This document shows positions 10,451-19,381 of a stretch of 64,000 nt of DNA, in pieces. Source of the stretch: Lentisphaeria bacterium (GTDB lineage: Bacteria; Verrucomicrobiota; Lentisphaeria; Victivallales; Victivallaceae); the NCBI GenBank assembly GCA_017450705.1, contig JAFSTC010000092.1, positions 1,676-65,675 of the forward strand, written 5' to 3'. The position numbers were made by a program, and so were the translations under genes. Numbering within the stretch: position 1 is the stretch's first letter; each line of letters starts with the position of its first letter. The notes below the pieces were generated by a model. That model saw only the letters and a list, made by a program, of their open reading frames with translations. It was not told the origin of the DNA and did not search any database.

Positions 10451-13400
10451 ATGAGCAGATTTCTCTGTATGCTTTTGGCCGCCCTCTGCGGCGTGATGCT
10501 CGCCGCGAAGGATTTCTCCGAGAAAGAACTGATCCTCAAAGGCGGCGCAACGCTGAAAAACGGCGTCGTCACCCTCGACGGAACAAGCGGCTACATCGAA
10601 CTTGCCGGAACGGAAGACTGGAACATCGGCAAAAAGGGGCTCACCTGCGCCGGGGCGTTCAAACTGTACGACAGCGCCCTGAGCAGCGGCAAAAAAGACT
10701 CCTTCGACATGTTTTTCTCCAAAGCGGGGACGCCCTTCATTTTCGGGCGCTACAGCCACTACGCCCACCAGCTCTACTCCAACATCGCCGGCCGGGAAAA
10801 GGGCAGGAAAATGGCTGCGCCCGTGATGAGCGAATTCCAGCCGGAACCCGGCGTGTGGCACCACTTCGCCGTGGTCTATGAGTATTACAACGACCACGCC
10901 CAGGGGGATGTCGGCTATTACACCACTATGTACGTCGACGGCAACCGGGTCGGCCGCGGGGAACACCCCTTCATCGAGCCGCTTCAAACTGCGGGACGGA
11001 TCGAAGTCGGCCGGGGCTGGGGCGGTCCGTGGTTCTTCCGCGGGGAAATCACCGAGATCCGCGCGTTCCCCGAGGCGCTGAACGAAGCCGCCGTCGCCGA
11101 ACTGGTGGATTCCAGCCGGTATGTCAAGGTCAAGTCCGCGCGCAAAGTCAATCCCGCGCTGGAAAAACTCACCGCCGAGTCTCCGGCGGGCCGCTGGGCG
11201 CTCCGGGCGCTGCACCGGCTGGAGCCCGAACAGGGAACGGCGGCCGCAGCGAAACTGGAAGCGGCTTTCGGGGCAAAGGACGATGCGGCATTCATCCGGG
11301 CCTTCGACCCCGCCTGCGGCGCGGCGCTGATCGTGAAGCCCCAGGTTTTGCTCCTCGTCGGCAAAACGGTCGGCACTGGCGAACCTCTGCTGGGAATGTA
11401 CGACCGCATCGGTCAAAGAAGCGTGCTTGAGGACAAACTTCTCAACTGGAGTTTCACGGGCAGACGCCAGGGCAAAAAGGTCAGTGCAAGTTCCGGCGAC
11501 CTGAAATACACGATCAAAGATCTCGGCGGCAAAGGCTTCACGGCGGTCTGGCGGAGCGTCGCTCCCCTCAAGTTCACTGCCGAAGCCCGGTATGAGTTTC
11601 TGAACGACGGCATCGGCGCAAGTCTCCGGATCGACAACGAAACATCCGATCTCGTCCTCCGCGAAGTGGTCTTCCCCGAGACCCGCACGCCGAAACTGGG
11701 GGACGACGACGCGTTCCTCTACCCCTTCCAATGCGGTGCCGAGATCAACGACCCGACACGCAACTCCTTCAAACGCGGACAGTTCGGCAAATACCCCTCC
11801 GGCACGATGACCATGCAGTTCACGGCGTACTACGGCAACGGCCGCGGGGTCTTCCTCGGCTGGCGCGATCCCCGGGGCACCCTCAAAAACATGCAGGCCA
11901 CCGGCAAGCGGGGCGGCATGGAGTTCTCCTGGAGCCAGTGCGTCGCGATCCCGCTTGACAAACGGCAGGGCGGGAATCATTACGCAAGTTTCGGCTCCGT
12001 CGTCTTCCGGGTCTACTCCGGGCGCTGGTTCGAGGCGTGTCAGCTCCACAAGCAGTGGGCGCTCTCGGAAGCGGTCTGGAAAAAGCCCGTTCCGAGGCGG
12101 GACACCCCGGAGTGGTTCCGGAACATTCCCGCCGTATTCAACTATTCCGTGCTGGATCAAAATACGGCCATGACCCGTTATGCCCAGTTGACGGCGATCC
12201 GCGCCTATCTGGACGTGCCGATCTACTGCCCGACCTATGCCTGGAACGACCCGGCGCTGGGCTGGTGGCCCTGTTTCCGGGCCCGCAAGTTCATTCCCGG
12301 GATCTATAAACAGCTGCTCAAGGAGGAGTGCATCGTCGAACCCTACATCGACTCCCGGCTGTGGGCCGTCATGGACGGTCCCGACCGGAAAACCGACTGG
12401 CGCTACAGCTCCCACGGGAAAAAGTTCGCCGTCATCGACGAAAACGGCAAGATCCCGCTGGAGCATTACGGACCCACCGTTTACGCCATCATGTGCCCGG
12501 CGGTCAAGGGCTGGCAGGACGAGCTTTTCGGGCAGACGCGGTACGTCCGCACGCTGGCCCCCGCCGTGTATCACGATCAGGTCATGACGGGTTACGGGAT
12601 CCCCTGCTTCAACCCGGAACACGGTCACGCGCTCAACGATCCCTCGGTCTGGCTGGATCAGGGCTACCGGCCCCTCTACCGCAGGATCAGAAGCGCCATG
12701 CCGGGCGTGGTCCAGACCTCGGAGGAAGTCTCCGAAGCCTACCTCGACCTCTTCGACGGCGGTCACGTCTGGCGCTGGTTCTTCGACGACCAGGTCCCGG
12801 CATTTCAGGCGGTCTACGGCGGCCGGGCCCAGTATTACTCATTGGTCTTCGACTCCCATGGCAAGGGGGAATACGCCTCCAACTTCGTCAAGATGGGCAA
12901 CTGTCTTGTCAACGGCCTCAAGATCGGCAAGTTCGAGCTTCAGGAGGTCCATAAGGCGGACATGAAGCGGCTTTACATCAAGAAGATGTGCCATCTGCGC
13001 ATGGCGCTCAACGATTATTTCAACAACGGCGACATGCTGGCCCCCATCCGTTTCGCCGAACCGCTGCCGCTGCTCACAACGGGCTGGTCCACCGACAGCA
13101 AGGCGCTGGAGCAAGTCACCATGCCGAAGATCGTCTCCAACAGCTACCGGCTCGGGGAAAACGAGGTTTTCATCTTCGTGAACACGACCGGTGAGAAACT
13201 TGTCTGCAAGCCCCTCGTCCCGGCGGAGTTCCTCTGCGTCGAGGGAGCCGTCGCGCCGGTGAGATTCCGCGGCATCGTCGAGCTGGGACCCTATCAGTCT
13301 GCCGTTGCGCTCCGCGGCACGGCGAAGGAGGCGGCAAGACTTCAGGAGACGCTGAAAAAGATCGCCTCGTTCACCCCCGGGAAATCTTTCGACAATCTGG

Positions 13401-13819
13401 TGAAGTTCGAAAATCTGCGGAAGATCGAGGGAATCCCCGGCAAGTGGTACAAGCCCGAAGACGCCTCCGGGTTCTACAATCTTTCGAAATCCGCCTCCGG
13501 TAAATATTTCGGGAACACGGCGGAGGGCTCCCTCGTTTCCTACGGCGTCGTCGATTTCGGTTCCCGGAAGGTGTCGGAGATCTTCGTCAAAACCGCCGTG
13601 CCGGAAAATTATTCCGGCGGGACGGTCGAACTCTTCGCCGGGTCTTCGCAGAACAGCTGCCGGCGCGTCGGCGTGTTCAAGGTCCCCGCAACGTCGAACT
13701 GGCTGGATTTCCGCGAATCGGAATTCAAACTGGATACGCCGTTGACAGGTGAAAAATTCATCATGTTCCGCTTCGACCGGAACGGGTGCTGCAACTTTTC
13801 GGAATGGAGGTTTTTATGA
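10451..13819 (+). CDS. Secreted 1122-aa multidomain protein: N-terminal LamG/concanavalin-like domain, large uncharacterised glycoside-hydrolase-like core, C-terminal CBM-like beta-sandwich
   Basis: Signal peptide MSRFLCMLLAALCGVMLAA. LamG hallmarks are WHHFAVVYEY...YVDGNRVG...GRGWGGPWFFRGEITEIRAFPEAL. The C-terminus GSLVSYGVVDFG...VELFAGS...NWLDFRESEFKL...FMFRF is CBM6/35-like. It is a paralogue of 20896-24294. Confidence 0.8.
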   Translation: MSRFLCMLLAALCGVMLAAKDFSEKELILKGGATLKNGVVTLDGTSGYIELAGTEDWNIGKKGLTCAGAFKLYDSALSSGKKDSFDMFFSKAGTPFIFGRYSHYAHQLYSNIAGREKGRKMAAPVMSEFQPEPGVWHHFAVVYEYYNDHAQGDVGYYTTMYVDGNRVGRGEHPFIEPLQTAGRIEVGRGWGGPWFFRGEITEIRAFPEALNEAAVAELVDSSRYVKVKSARKVNPALEKLTAESPAGRWALRALHRLEPEQGTAAAAKLEAAFGAKDDAAFIRAFDPACGAALIVKPQVLLLVGKTVGTGEPLLGMYDRIGQRSVLEDKLLNWSFTGRRQGKKVSASSGDLKYTIKDLGGKGFTAVWRSVAPLKFTAEARYEFLNDGIGASLRIDNETSDLVLREVVFPETRTPKLGDDDAFLYPFQCGAEINDPTRNSFKRGQFGKYPSGTMTMQFTAYYGNGRGVFLGWRDPRGTLKNMQATGKRGGMEFSWSQCVAIPLDKRQGGNHYASFGSVVFRVYSGRWFEACQLHKQWALSEAVWKKPVPRRDTPEWFRNIPAVFNYSVLDQNTAMTRYAQLTAIRAYLDVPIYCPTYAWNDPALGWWPCFRARKFIPGIYKQLLKEECIVEPYIDSRLWAVMDGPDRKTDWRYSSHGKKFAVIDENGKIPLEHYGPTVYAIMCPAVKGWQDELFGQTRYVRTLAPAVYHDQVMTGYGIPCFNPEHGHALNDPSVWLDQGYRPLYRRIRSAMPGVVQTSEEVSEAYLDLFDGGHVWRWFFDDQVPAFQAVYGGRAQYYSLVFDSHGKGEYASNFVKMGNCLVNGLKIGKFELQEVHKADMKRLYIKKMCHLRMALNDYFNNGDMLAPIRFAEPLPLLTTGWSTDSKALEQVTMPKIVSNSYRLGENEVFIFVNTTGEKLVCKPLVPAEFLCVEGAVAPVRFRGIVELGPYQSAVALRGTAKEAARLQETLKKIASFTPGKSFDNLVKFENLRKIEGIPGKWYKPEDASGFYNLSKSASGKYFGNTAEGSLVSYGVVDFGSRKVSEIFVKTAVPENYSGGTVELFAGSSQNSCRRVGVFKVPATSNWLDFRESEFKLDTPLTGEKFIMFRFDRNGCCNFSEWRFL

Positions 13820-14499
13820 AAAAGTCGTTCCCGATCTTGTCCGTCATCGCCGCAAGCGTCATGGTTTCCGCGCAGGAGCCCGTGCTCGACTACGACTACA
13901 CGTCCGGTACCTTCGAGCGCAAGGGAAAGCTGGCCGCTCCGGTCATCGCGGGTGAAACGCTCATGGCCGAGGAGATGCCCGGCGCGATCCGCTTCGACGG
14001 CAAAAAGAATTTCATGACGATCCCCGGCGGCAAGGCGGTCTCGCTCAAAAACGGCGGCACGCTCTTCGCCTTCGTGCGCTTCGCCGAGGACGAGGAGCAC
14101 GGCATGCTGTTTTTCAAGAACAACGAATTCCTGCTGGGCCTCTCCAACAAAAACCGGCTGTACTTCAATCTCCGGGCGTCCGGCAGCGAAAAATTCGACA
14201 CGCCCGTCATGATCACGCCCGTTCCCCGGGGCAAGTGGTGCACCGTGGCCGTCGTGTTGAAACCGTGGAAAAACGGCTCGTGGACCGCGTTTCTTTTCAT
14301 CGACGGCGAGAGAAAAGGCTCCCGCACGTTCAAGTTCAAGGGCGAATATCCGGAGCCGCAGAGCGAGCTCACCGTCGGCCGGGGCTGGGGCGGGACCTGG
14401 TTCCTCGCCGGCGACATCGGCGCTCTCAAAATCTTCGAGACGCCCCTGGACGAAAAGCAGGTCCTCGAGCTCTCCCAAAAATATCTCACCGCCAAGTGA
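13816..14499 (+). CDS. Secreted stand-alone LamG/concanavalin-like domain protein
   Basis: Signal peptide MKKSFPILSVIAASVMVSAQ. Motifs WCTVAVVL...FIDGERKG...GRGWGGTWFLAGDIGALKIFETPL mirror the LamG domain of the upstream gene. The ATG overlaps the upstream stop (ATGA at 13816-13819). Confidence 0.8.
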   Translation: MKKSFPILSVIAASVMVSAQEPVLDYDYTSGTFERKGKLAAPVIAGETLMAEEMPGAIRFDGKKNFMTIPGGKAVSLKNGGTLFAFVRFAEDEEHGMLFFKNNEFLLGLSNKNRLYFNLRASGSEKFDTPVMITPVPRGKWCTVAVVLKPWKNGSWTAFLFIDGERKGSRTFKFKGEYPEPQSELTVGRGWGGTWFLAGDIGALKIFETPLDEKQVLELSQKYLTAK

Positions 14500-14546
14500 C
14501 CCCTTGCAAACCCCGCCGGGAGGCTGTATAGTAAGCGGCAGAATAT

Positions 14547-14629
14547 GCCGCTTTTTTTGAAAAAAGATGGGGGCCCGGGGGAAGGAAAAAACTTTTTTCA
14601 CGGGAAAAAAGTTTTTTTCCTTCCCCCGG
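14547..14629. repeat. Copy A (inverted orientation) of a dispersed intergenic repeat, fused to a roughly 24-bp-stem hairpin
   Basis: GCCGCTTTTTTTGAAAAAAGATGGGGGCCCGGGGGAAGG is the reverse complement of the core found at 18992 and 49444. CCGGGGGAAGGAAAAAACTTTTTT / loop cacggg / AAAAAAGTTTTTTTCCTTCCCCCGG forms a near-perfect hairpin (14575-14629). Confidence 0.8.
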
Positions 14630-14664
14630 TTTCCTCAGCCTTTATAAAACAAAAGGGACAGATC

Positions 14665-16233
14665 ATGGATGAGGCGAGAGTTCTTGCGGAAAATATGACG
14701 CTGGAGGATGCCGTGGGGCAGACGCTGATGCCCACGGACCGGAATTATTCTCAAGAGGAGCTGAAAAGGCTCATTCACGAGGCGCATCTGGGGAGCGTTT
14801 TCGTCCGGGACTACCGGGAGGACAATCTCGACGTCATCGTTCCGCTGCGGCACGAGCGGGAGATCCCGCTGATCTTCGCCGCGGACATGGAGCACACCCG
14901 GGGCGGGGGGCGGGGATTGATCCCGACGCAGATGGCCGCGGGCGCGGCGGGGGATCCCGACCTTGCGCGGGAGCGGGCGCGTCTTCTGGGGCGCGAGGCC
15001 CGGGCGCTGGGCAACGACTGGCTGTTCCAGCCCGTCCTCGACCTCAACGGCAACCCGGACAGTCCGGAGATGAACGTCCGTACCTACGGAGACGACCCGG
15101 AGGCCGTGAAGGAAATGGTCCTCCCCCATCTGGCGGGGCTCCGCGACGCCGGGATCGCCGCTACGGGCAAGCACTTTCCCGGCGCGGGGATGGACGACCG
15201 GGACCAGCACGTCTGCACCTCGGTGAATCCCCTTTCCGTCGACGCGTGGATGGCAAGTTACGGCAAGATCTGGCGCGCGGCCATTGCCGCCGGTCTCGAG
15301 ACCGTCATGCCGGGGCACATCTCCTTCCCCGCCTGGTGCGGCCAGGCGGAGTCCGACGCCATGCCCGCCACGCTTGAGCCGCGTTTGATGAACGATCTCC
15401 TGCGCAAGGAACTGGGCTTCGAGGGCGTCATCGTCTCCGACGCCGCCACCATGGGGGGCCTCACCAGCCGATGCCCGGTGGAAAACTGCGCCGTGGAGTT
15501 CCTCAAGGCCGGGGGAGACGTCTACCTCTTCAGCGATCCCGTGGAGGACTTCCGCCGGATCCTCGACGCCGTCCGTCGCGGATACCTCTCCGAAGAGCGC
15601 GTGCGCGACGCGGCCTATCGCGTTCTCCGGCTCAAGGAGAAACTCGGTGTCGGCCGCAGGCCCGATCCCGTGCTCTCTCAGGAGGACTACGCCGAGGCCG
15701 ACAGATTTTTCGTCGGACTGCAGGAGGCCTCCGCCACCATCGTCCGCGGAGAGGAATACTTCCCCGTCGCCATTCCCCCGGGAGGGAAAGTCCTGACCGT
15801 CTCCATCCGCTGGCCCGACGCGTCGAAATACACCGCCCCCGATCTGCCGCTGGTGGACGAACTCCTCCGCGCCGAAGGCTTCACTGTGGACCACATGGTC
15901 AATCCGCCCCATACCGAACTGCGGGCCAAGGCCGACGATTACGACATGATCTTCGTCAACGTCATGACCTTCCCCCACGCCCTGCTGGGAACGATCCGCA
16001 TGCTGGGCCCCATGCTCATGCCCTTTTGGCGCGCCTTCTACGCCAAAAGGAAAAACGTCGTCTTCACTTCCTTCGGCTCCCCCTACCTGCTCCACGAACA
16101 GCCCCACTGGCCGAACTTGCTTGTCCTCTACTCTCCCTGCCCCGCCGCCCAGCGCGCCGCCGTCCAAGTTTGGCTGGGAAAACGCCCCGCCTCCGGCCGC
16201 CTCCCCGTCTCCCTCACCGGCCGCTGTTTCTGA
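14665..16233 (+). CDS. Glycoside hydrolase family 3 (NagZ/beta-hexosaminidase-like), no signal peptide
   Basis: GKHFPGAGMDDRDQH matches the GH3 KHFPGxG...H motif, and VIVSDAATMGG matches the nucleophile region. Start was reset to the ATG at 14665 (MDEARV...) because the track's N-terminal extension runs through the repeat/hairpin. Confidence 0.88.
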   Translation: MDEARVLAENMTLEDAVGQTLMPTDRNYSQEELKRLIHEAHLGSVFVRDYREDNLDVIVPLRHEREIPLIFAADMEHTRGGGRGLIPTQMAAGAAGDPDLARERARLLGREARALGNDWLFQPVLDLNGNPDSPEMNVRTYGDDPEAVKEMVLPHLAGLRDAGIAATGKHFPGAGMDDRDQHVCTSVNPLSVDAWMASYGKIWRAAIAAGLETVMPGHISFPAWCGQAESDAMPATLEPRLMNDLLRKELGFEGVIVSDAATMGGLTSRCPVENCAVEFLKAGGDVYLFSDPVEDFRRILDAVRRGYLSEERVRDAAYRVLRLKEKLGVGRRPDPVLSQEDYAEADRFFVGLQEASATIVRGEEYFPVAIPPGGKVLTVSIRWPDASKYTAPDLPLVDELLRAEGFTVDHMVNPPHTELRAKADDYDMIFVNVMTFPHALLGTIRMLGPMLMPFWRAFYAKRKNVVFTSFGSPYLLHEQPHWPNLLVLYSPCPAAQRAAVQVWLGKRPASGRLPVSLTGRCF

Positions 16234-16327
16234 AAAAAAAGCGCGGTATTTGGGGAGAGACGGGCAAAGCCGGATGGGTAACGGTCAGGCCGCAGGGGTG
16301 TCATGTGCCGCAGGGCCGTTCGTGATC

Positions 16328-16364
16328 GTCCGTGTTTTGTCCGTGTCTGTCCGTGTGTCCGTGT
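16328..16364. repeat. Four closely spaced copies of GTCCGTGT in a convergent intergenic gap
   Basis: gtccgtgt at 16328, 16339, 16349 and 16357 (spacings 11, 10, 8 nt). Confidence 0.8.
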
Positions 16365-16380
16365 TCTGCGCTGCCCGCCC

Positions 16381-17913
16381 TCAGAACGAAAATTCGCACT
16401 GGCCGTAGATCTTTTTGACGTTCAGCCGCAGACAGCGGCGCACGTATTCGTCCCCGTTGCGGGTCTCGAGAAAGGAGCTCACGCTCCCCTTGCGCTGCAG
16501 GGGGATCATGCGGATCTCGGGCATCATGCGGCCCGAGAGCGTGAAGCGCACCGGCAGGAACATGATGGCCTCGTCGCAGGGGCCGGGGATGAGATCGATC
16601 TCGATCTCGCCGCACTGGGGCCCCAGACAGGTCCCCGGGAGAACGAAATCCTTCCCGGGCAGCGCCTGCCAGCCCTCGGGCAGCAGAAGTTCGCCCCGGA
16701 GCACCGCCGACACGCTGCTTACGTCCCTGAGCACGAAACGGATGCGTTTGCGCGTCCCCGGCTCGATCTCGGGACCGCCCGCCAGATCCGCACCCACCCG
16801 GGCGAAAGGCATTTCCAGAGAGACCTCGTAAGGCGAACGCATGGCGATGCACCGCGCCGTCGCTTCTCCGTCGGGAATGACGAAGCCGTCGAGGTCGGTG
16901 GGGGCGTCCGACACGGGGAGCAGCCGGGGATTGGCGGACCGCGCCCGGCAGGACTCCGCTACGGCCCGGTCGGTCAGTTCGTCCAAAGTCCCGGGAACGG
17001 CCATCCCGTAGCCTATGCACTTGGTGACGATCCTGTTCCCGATGGGGGCACACCACTTTTCCGGCAGCCGGGAGCGGCCGAGGACGATCCCCAGGACCGC
17101 GCCCGCGGTGGCCGCGGTGCAGTCCGTGTCGTCTCCGCAGCGCACGGCCGAAAGGACGGTCTTTTCGAAATCCCCTTCGCCGTAAAGCAGCGCCAGGGTC
17201 AGGAAGCCGATGTTCTGCGGCGCCTGGAAGAATCCCGTCTCCGCGTTGAACGCGACGACCTCAGCCCGGGCTTCGGCAAGCGGGAGGCCCCGGTCCTTTG
17301 CCTCGACGGCCGCCCGGACGCTTTTTGCGATGCGGCAGTCCGGGGTCAGACGCGTCAGCGCGATGTCGATCAACTTGCGGATGTCGTGCTCGACGAAGGC
17401 CGCCGCCTCCAGCGAGGCCGTGAAGACCTCGGCCCAGATGCCCTCGCCCTCGTGGTCGCAGCAGGCGTCGATACAGGCGCACCGGGCGGCCTCGTCGGGG
17501 AAGCCCGGGAAGAAACAGGCCCAGATCTCGCTGCGGATCCACGCGCCGTTGCTCCAGCGCCACTGATCGTTGCTGCACGATCCCGAGAGCGGCGGATAAA
17601 ATCCGCAGGCGATGTTGGCCAGGCAGTTGCGGTACTCGCCCATGGGCGCGCCTTCAAAATTGACCCAGTATTCGGCGAGTTTCCTCGGGGTGATCTGATA
17701 GACCCCCAGCTCCTCCGCGGCGAAAAGCCAGATCAGCTGCAGATCGAGGTCGTCGTTGGGCAGCGGATCGCCGTTGAGGTCGTGGGTGTAGAAATCCAGC
17801 TCCGGCATCTCCCGGATCCCCTCGAAGGGCCCGCCCAGCGTCCCGCCGATGTTTTTGCCCGTCCAGCACCCCAGCACCCGGTCGCGGAATTCCGCCCTGT
17901 TCAAGTTCGCCAT
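16381..17913 (-). CDS. ADP-ribosylglycohydrolase (ARH/DraG) family protein with roughly 190-aa C-terminal extension
   Basis: FRDRVLGCWTGKNIGGTLGGPFEG opens the protein, and CGDDTDCTAATAGAVLGIVLG is the ARH metal-site motif. ATG at 17913 was chosen; the track start at 17934 is TTG. Confidence 0.85.
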   Translation of the reverse strand: MANLNRAEFRDRVLGCWTGKNIGGTLGGPFEGIREMPELDFYTHDLNGDPLPNDDLDLQLIWLFAAEELGVYQITPRKLAEYWVNFEGAPMGEYRNCLANIACGFYPPLSGSCSNDQWRWSNGAWIRSEIWACFFPGFPDEAARCACIDACCDHEGEGIWAEVFTASLEAAAFVEHDIRKLIDIALTRLTPDCRIAKSVRAAVEAKDRGLPLAEARAEVVAFNAETGFFQAPQNIGFLTLALLYGEGDFEKTVLSAVRCGDDTDCTAATAGAVLGIVLGRSRLPEKWCAPIGNRIVTKCIGYGMAVPGTLDELTDRAVAESCRARSANPRLLPVSDAPTDLDGFVIPDGEATARCIAMRSPYEVSLEMPFARVGADLAGGPEIEPGTRKRIRFVLRDVSSVSAVLRGELLLPEGWQALPGKDFVLPGTCLGPQCGEIEIDLIPGPCDEAIMFLPVRFTLSGRMMPEIRMIPLQRKGSVSSFLETRNGDEYVRRCLRLNVKKIYGQCEFSF

Positions 17914-18124
17914 CGCCGTCACCTTTCTTTTCAAAATATCCGAAACTTTTCTTCACATGTACGGAATATACTCCGTCTTCCGGAAAAATGATAGCATGTC
18001 CCCGATTTTTTTTTGTCCGAAACCGATATGGACGGCGGCCCGTTTGAAAAAAAACGGACTTGTGGTATATTTGTGGAAGTTGTACGGAGCCGATACGGCA
18101 AACAGCTGAAGGGCGGGGAAAAAC

Positions 18125-18979
18125 ATGTATACGTTCCGGATATCCGAAAGGGCGCTGCGGGGACTGCGGTTCATCGTGGAGCGGGATCGGGACAAATACC
18201 GTCAGAACAGCGCCCACCGGCACGACGGGATCGAGATCATGTTCGCCCGCCGGGGGGCGGGGTTCTGCTCGGTGAACGAACACACCTTCCCCCTGGTCCC
18301 CGGGGACTTCTACCCCATGGGCGTCAACGACACCCACGCCTTTTTCTTCCGGCACGACGGAGATTACTGTACCGTGGCCTTCTACCGGGACGTCTTCACG
18401 CCGGAGGAACTGCACGAACTGGAGAAGTTCGACTGCTTTGCCGGGATCTCCCGCGACGACTTTTCCTTCCGCAGCAAATACACTTTCCCGCCCTCGGTCT
18501 GCGAGACGCTCTTCGGCCTGCTGGACACCATCCGCAAGGAGCTGGAAAACGATCTGCCCATGAGCGGAGAACTGGCCCGCTCGCTCCTGCTCCAGTTCCT
18601 GATCCTGGCCGGGAGAAAGAGCGCCGAAGCCGCCGGACTGGCTTTCTCCGGCGACCTCGTGGGGGAGATCCTCGATTACGTCGCCGAGCACTACGCCGAA
18701 AACATTTCCTTGAATACCCTGGGCCGCCGCTTCGGCTACAGCGCCGAATACACCGGAAGAGCCTTCAAACGCAAGACCGGAATGAACTTCACGGAGTATC
18801 TGACCTTCTTCCGGATCGAAAAATCCTGCGTCGCCCTGGAAAGATCCGCTGCGGGCATCTCCGAGATCGCCGTCATGTGCGGCTTCTTCGACAACAGCCA
18901 CTACTGCCGCAAATTCAAACGCATCATCGGCATCCCCCCCTCCGAATACCGCGCCCGCCTCAACCGCAGTTCCCGATAA
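18125..18979 (+). CDS. AraC family transcriptional regulator with N-terminal cupin sensor
   Basis: Cupin segment HRHDGIEIMFARRGAGFCSVNEHTFPLVPGDFYPMGVNDTH. C-terminal HTH LGRRFGYSAEYTGRAFKRKTGMNFTEYLTFFRIEKS...IAVMCGFFDNSHYCRKFKRIIGIPPSEYR. Confidence 0.88.
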   Translation: MYTFRISERALRGLRFIVERDRDKYRQNSAHRHDGIEIMFARRGAGFCSVNEHTFPLVPGDFYPMGVNDTHAFFFRHDGDYCTVAFYRDVFTPEELHELEKFDCFAGISRDDFSFRSKYTFPPSVCETLFGLLDTIRKELENDLPMSGELARSLLLQFLILAGRKSAEAAGLAFSGDLVGEILDYVAEHYAENISLNTLGRRFGYSAEYTGRAFKRKTGMNFTEYLTFFRIEKSCVALERSAAGISEIAVMCGFFDNSHYCRKFKRIIGIPPSEYRARLNRSSR

Positions 18980-18991
18980 GGGAGGAGGGTG

Positions 18992-19043
18992 TTCCCCCGG
19001 GCCCCCATCCCTTTTCAAGAAAAGCGGTGTGTTTTGAGGAGAC
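18992..19043. repeat. Copy B of the dispersed intergenic repeat
   Basis: TTCCCCCGGGCCCCCATCCCTTTTCAAGAAAAGCGGTGTGTTTTGAGGAGAC lies directly after the AraC stop. Confidence 0.8.
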
Positions 19044-19196
19044 GCGCCGAGCCGGACGGCCCAACGGTGACTTGAACCGCAGCGGTATGACCGTCACCAT
19101 ACGGGCGTTGCCCGAGTAACAGGGAAGATAGGGGGTGAAGGGGGAAAGAAAATCGTGGAGGTACGACACGATTGTCTTGCCCCTTCCGGCAAGCCG

Positions 19197-19258
19197 TTGC
19201 AAAATATGTGTCTCCTCTTTCCGCAGAAAAGCGGGAAGAGGAGACATTTATTTTGCAA
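19197..19258. terminator. 28-bp-stem imperfect palindrome, likely bidirectional intrinsic terminator between convergent genes
   Basis: TTGCAAAATATGTGTCTCCTCTTTCCGC / agaaaa / GCGGGAAGAGGAGACATTTATTTTGCAA has one mismatch and two G-U pairs. The GC-rich inner stem is flanked by T-rich tails on both strands. Confidence 0.6.
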
Positions 19259-19381
19259 CACGTCTTTCCAGCCCGACGCCAGGCATACCGCCGGCCTACC
19301 CGCCTCCCCGTGCCACGGGGCGCCGGGGGGTGCGGGGGGCGGCGCTAGCGCCCCCGCATCAGGCCCACGGACTTGCGCCGC

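Noticed and set aside
9533-12766. 1077-aa minus-strand ORF
   Set aside because: It is antisense to the prepilin-like gene and the LamG giant gene. It is Gly/Val/Asp/Arg/His-rich with no domain signature, and the plus strand has a signal peptide, LamG motifs and good RBSs.
7186-16364. Short tandem repeats (7186-7215, 16328-16364) as a possible CRISPR array
   Set aside because: Units are only 8-9 nt with no 25-40-nt repeat/spacer periodicity, and no cas genes are present.
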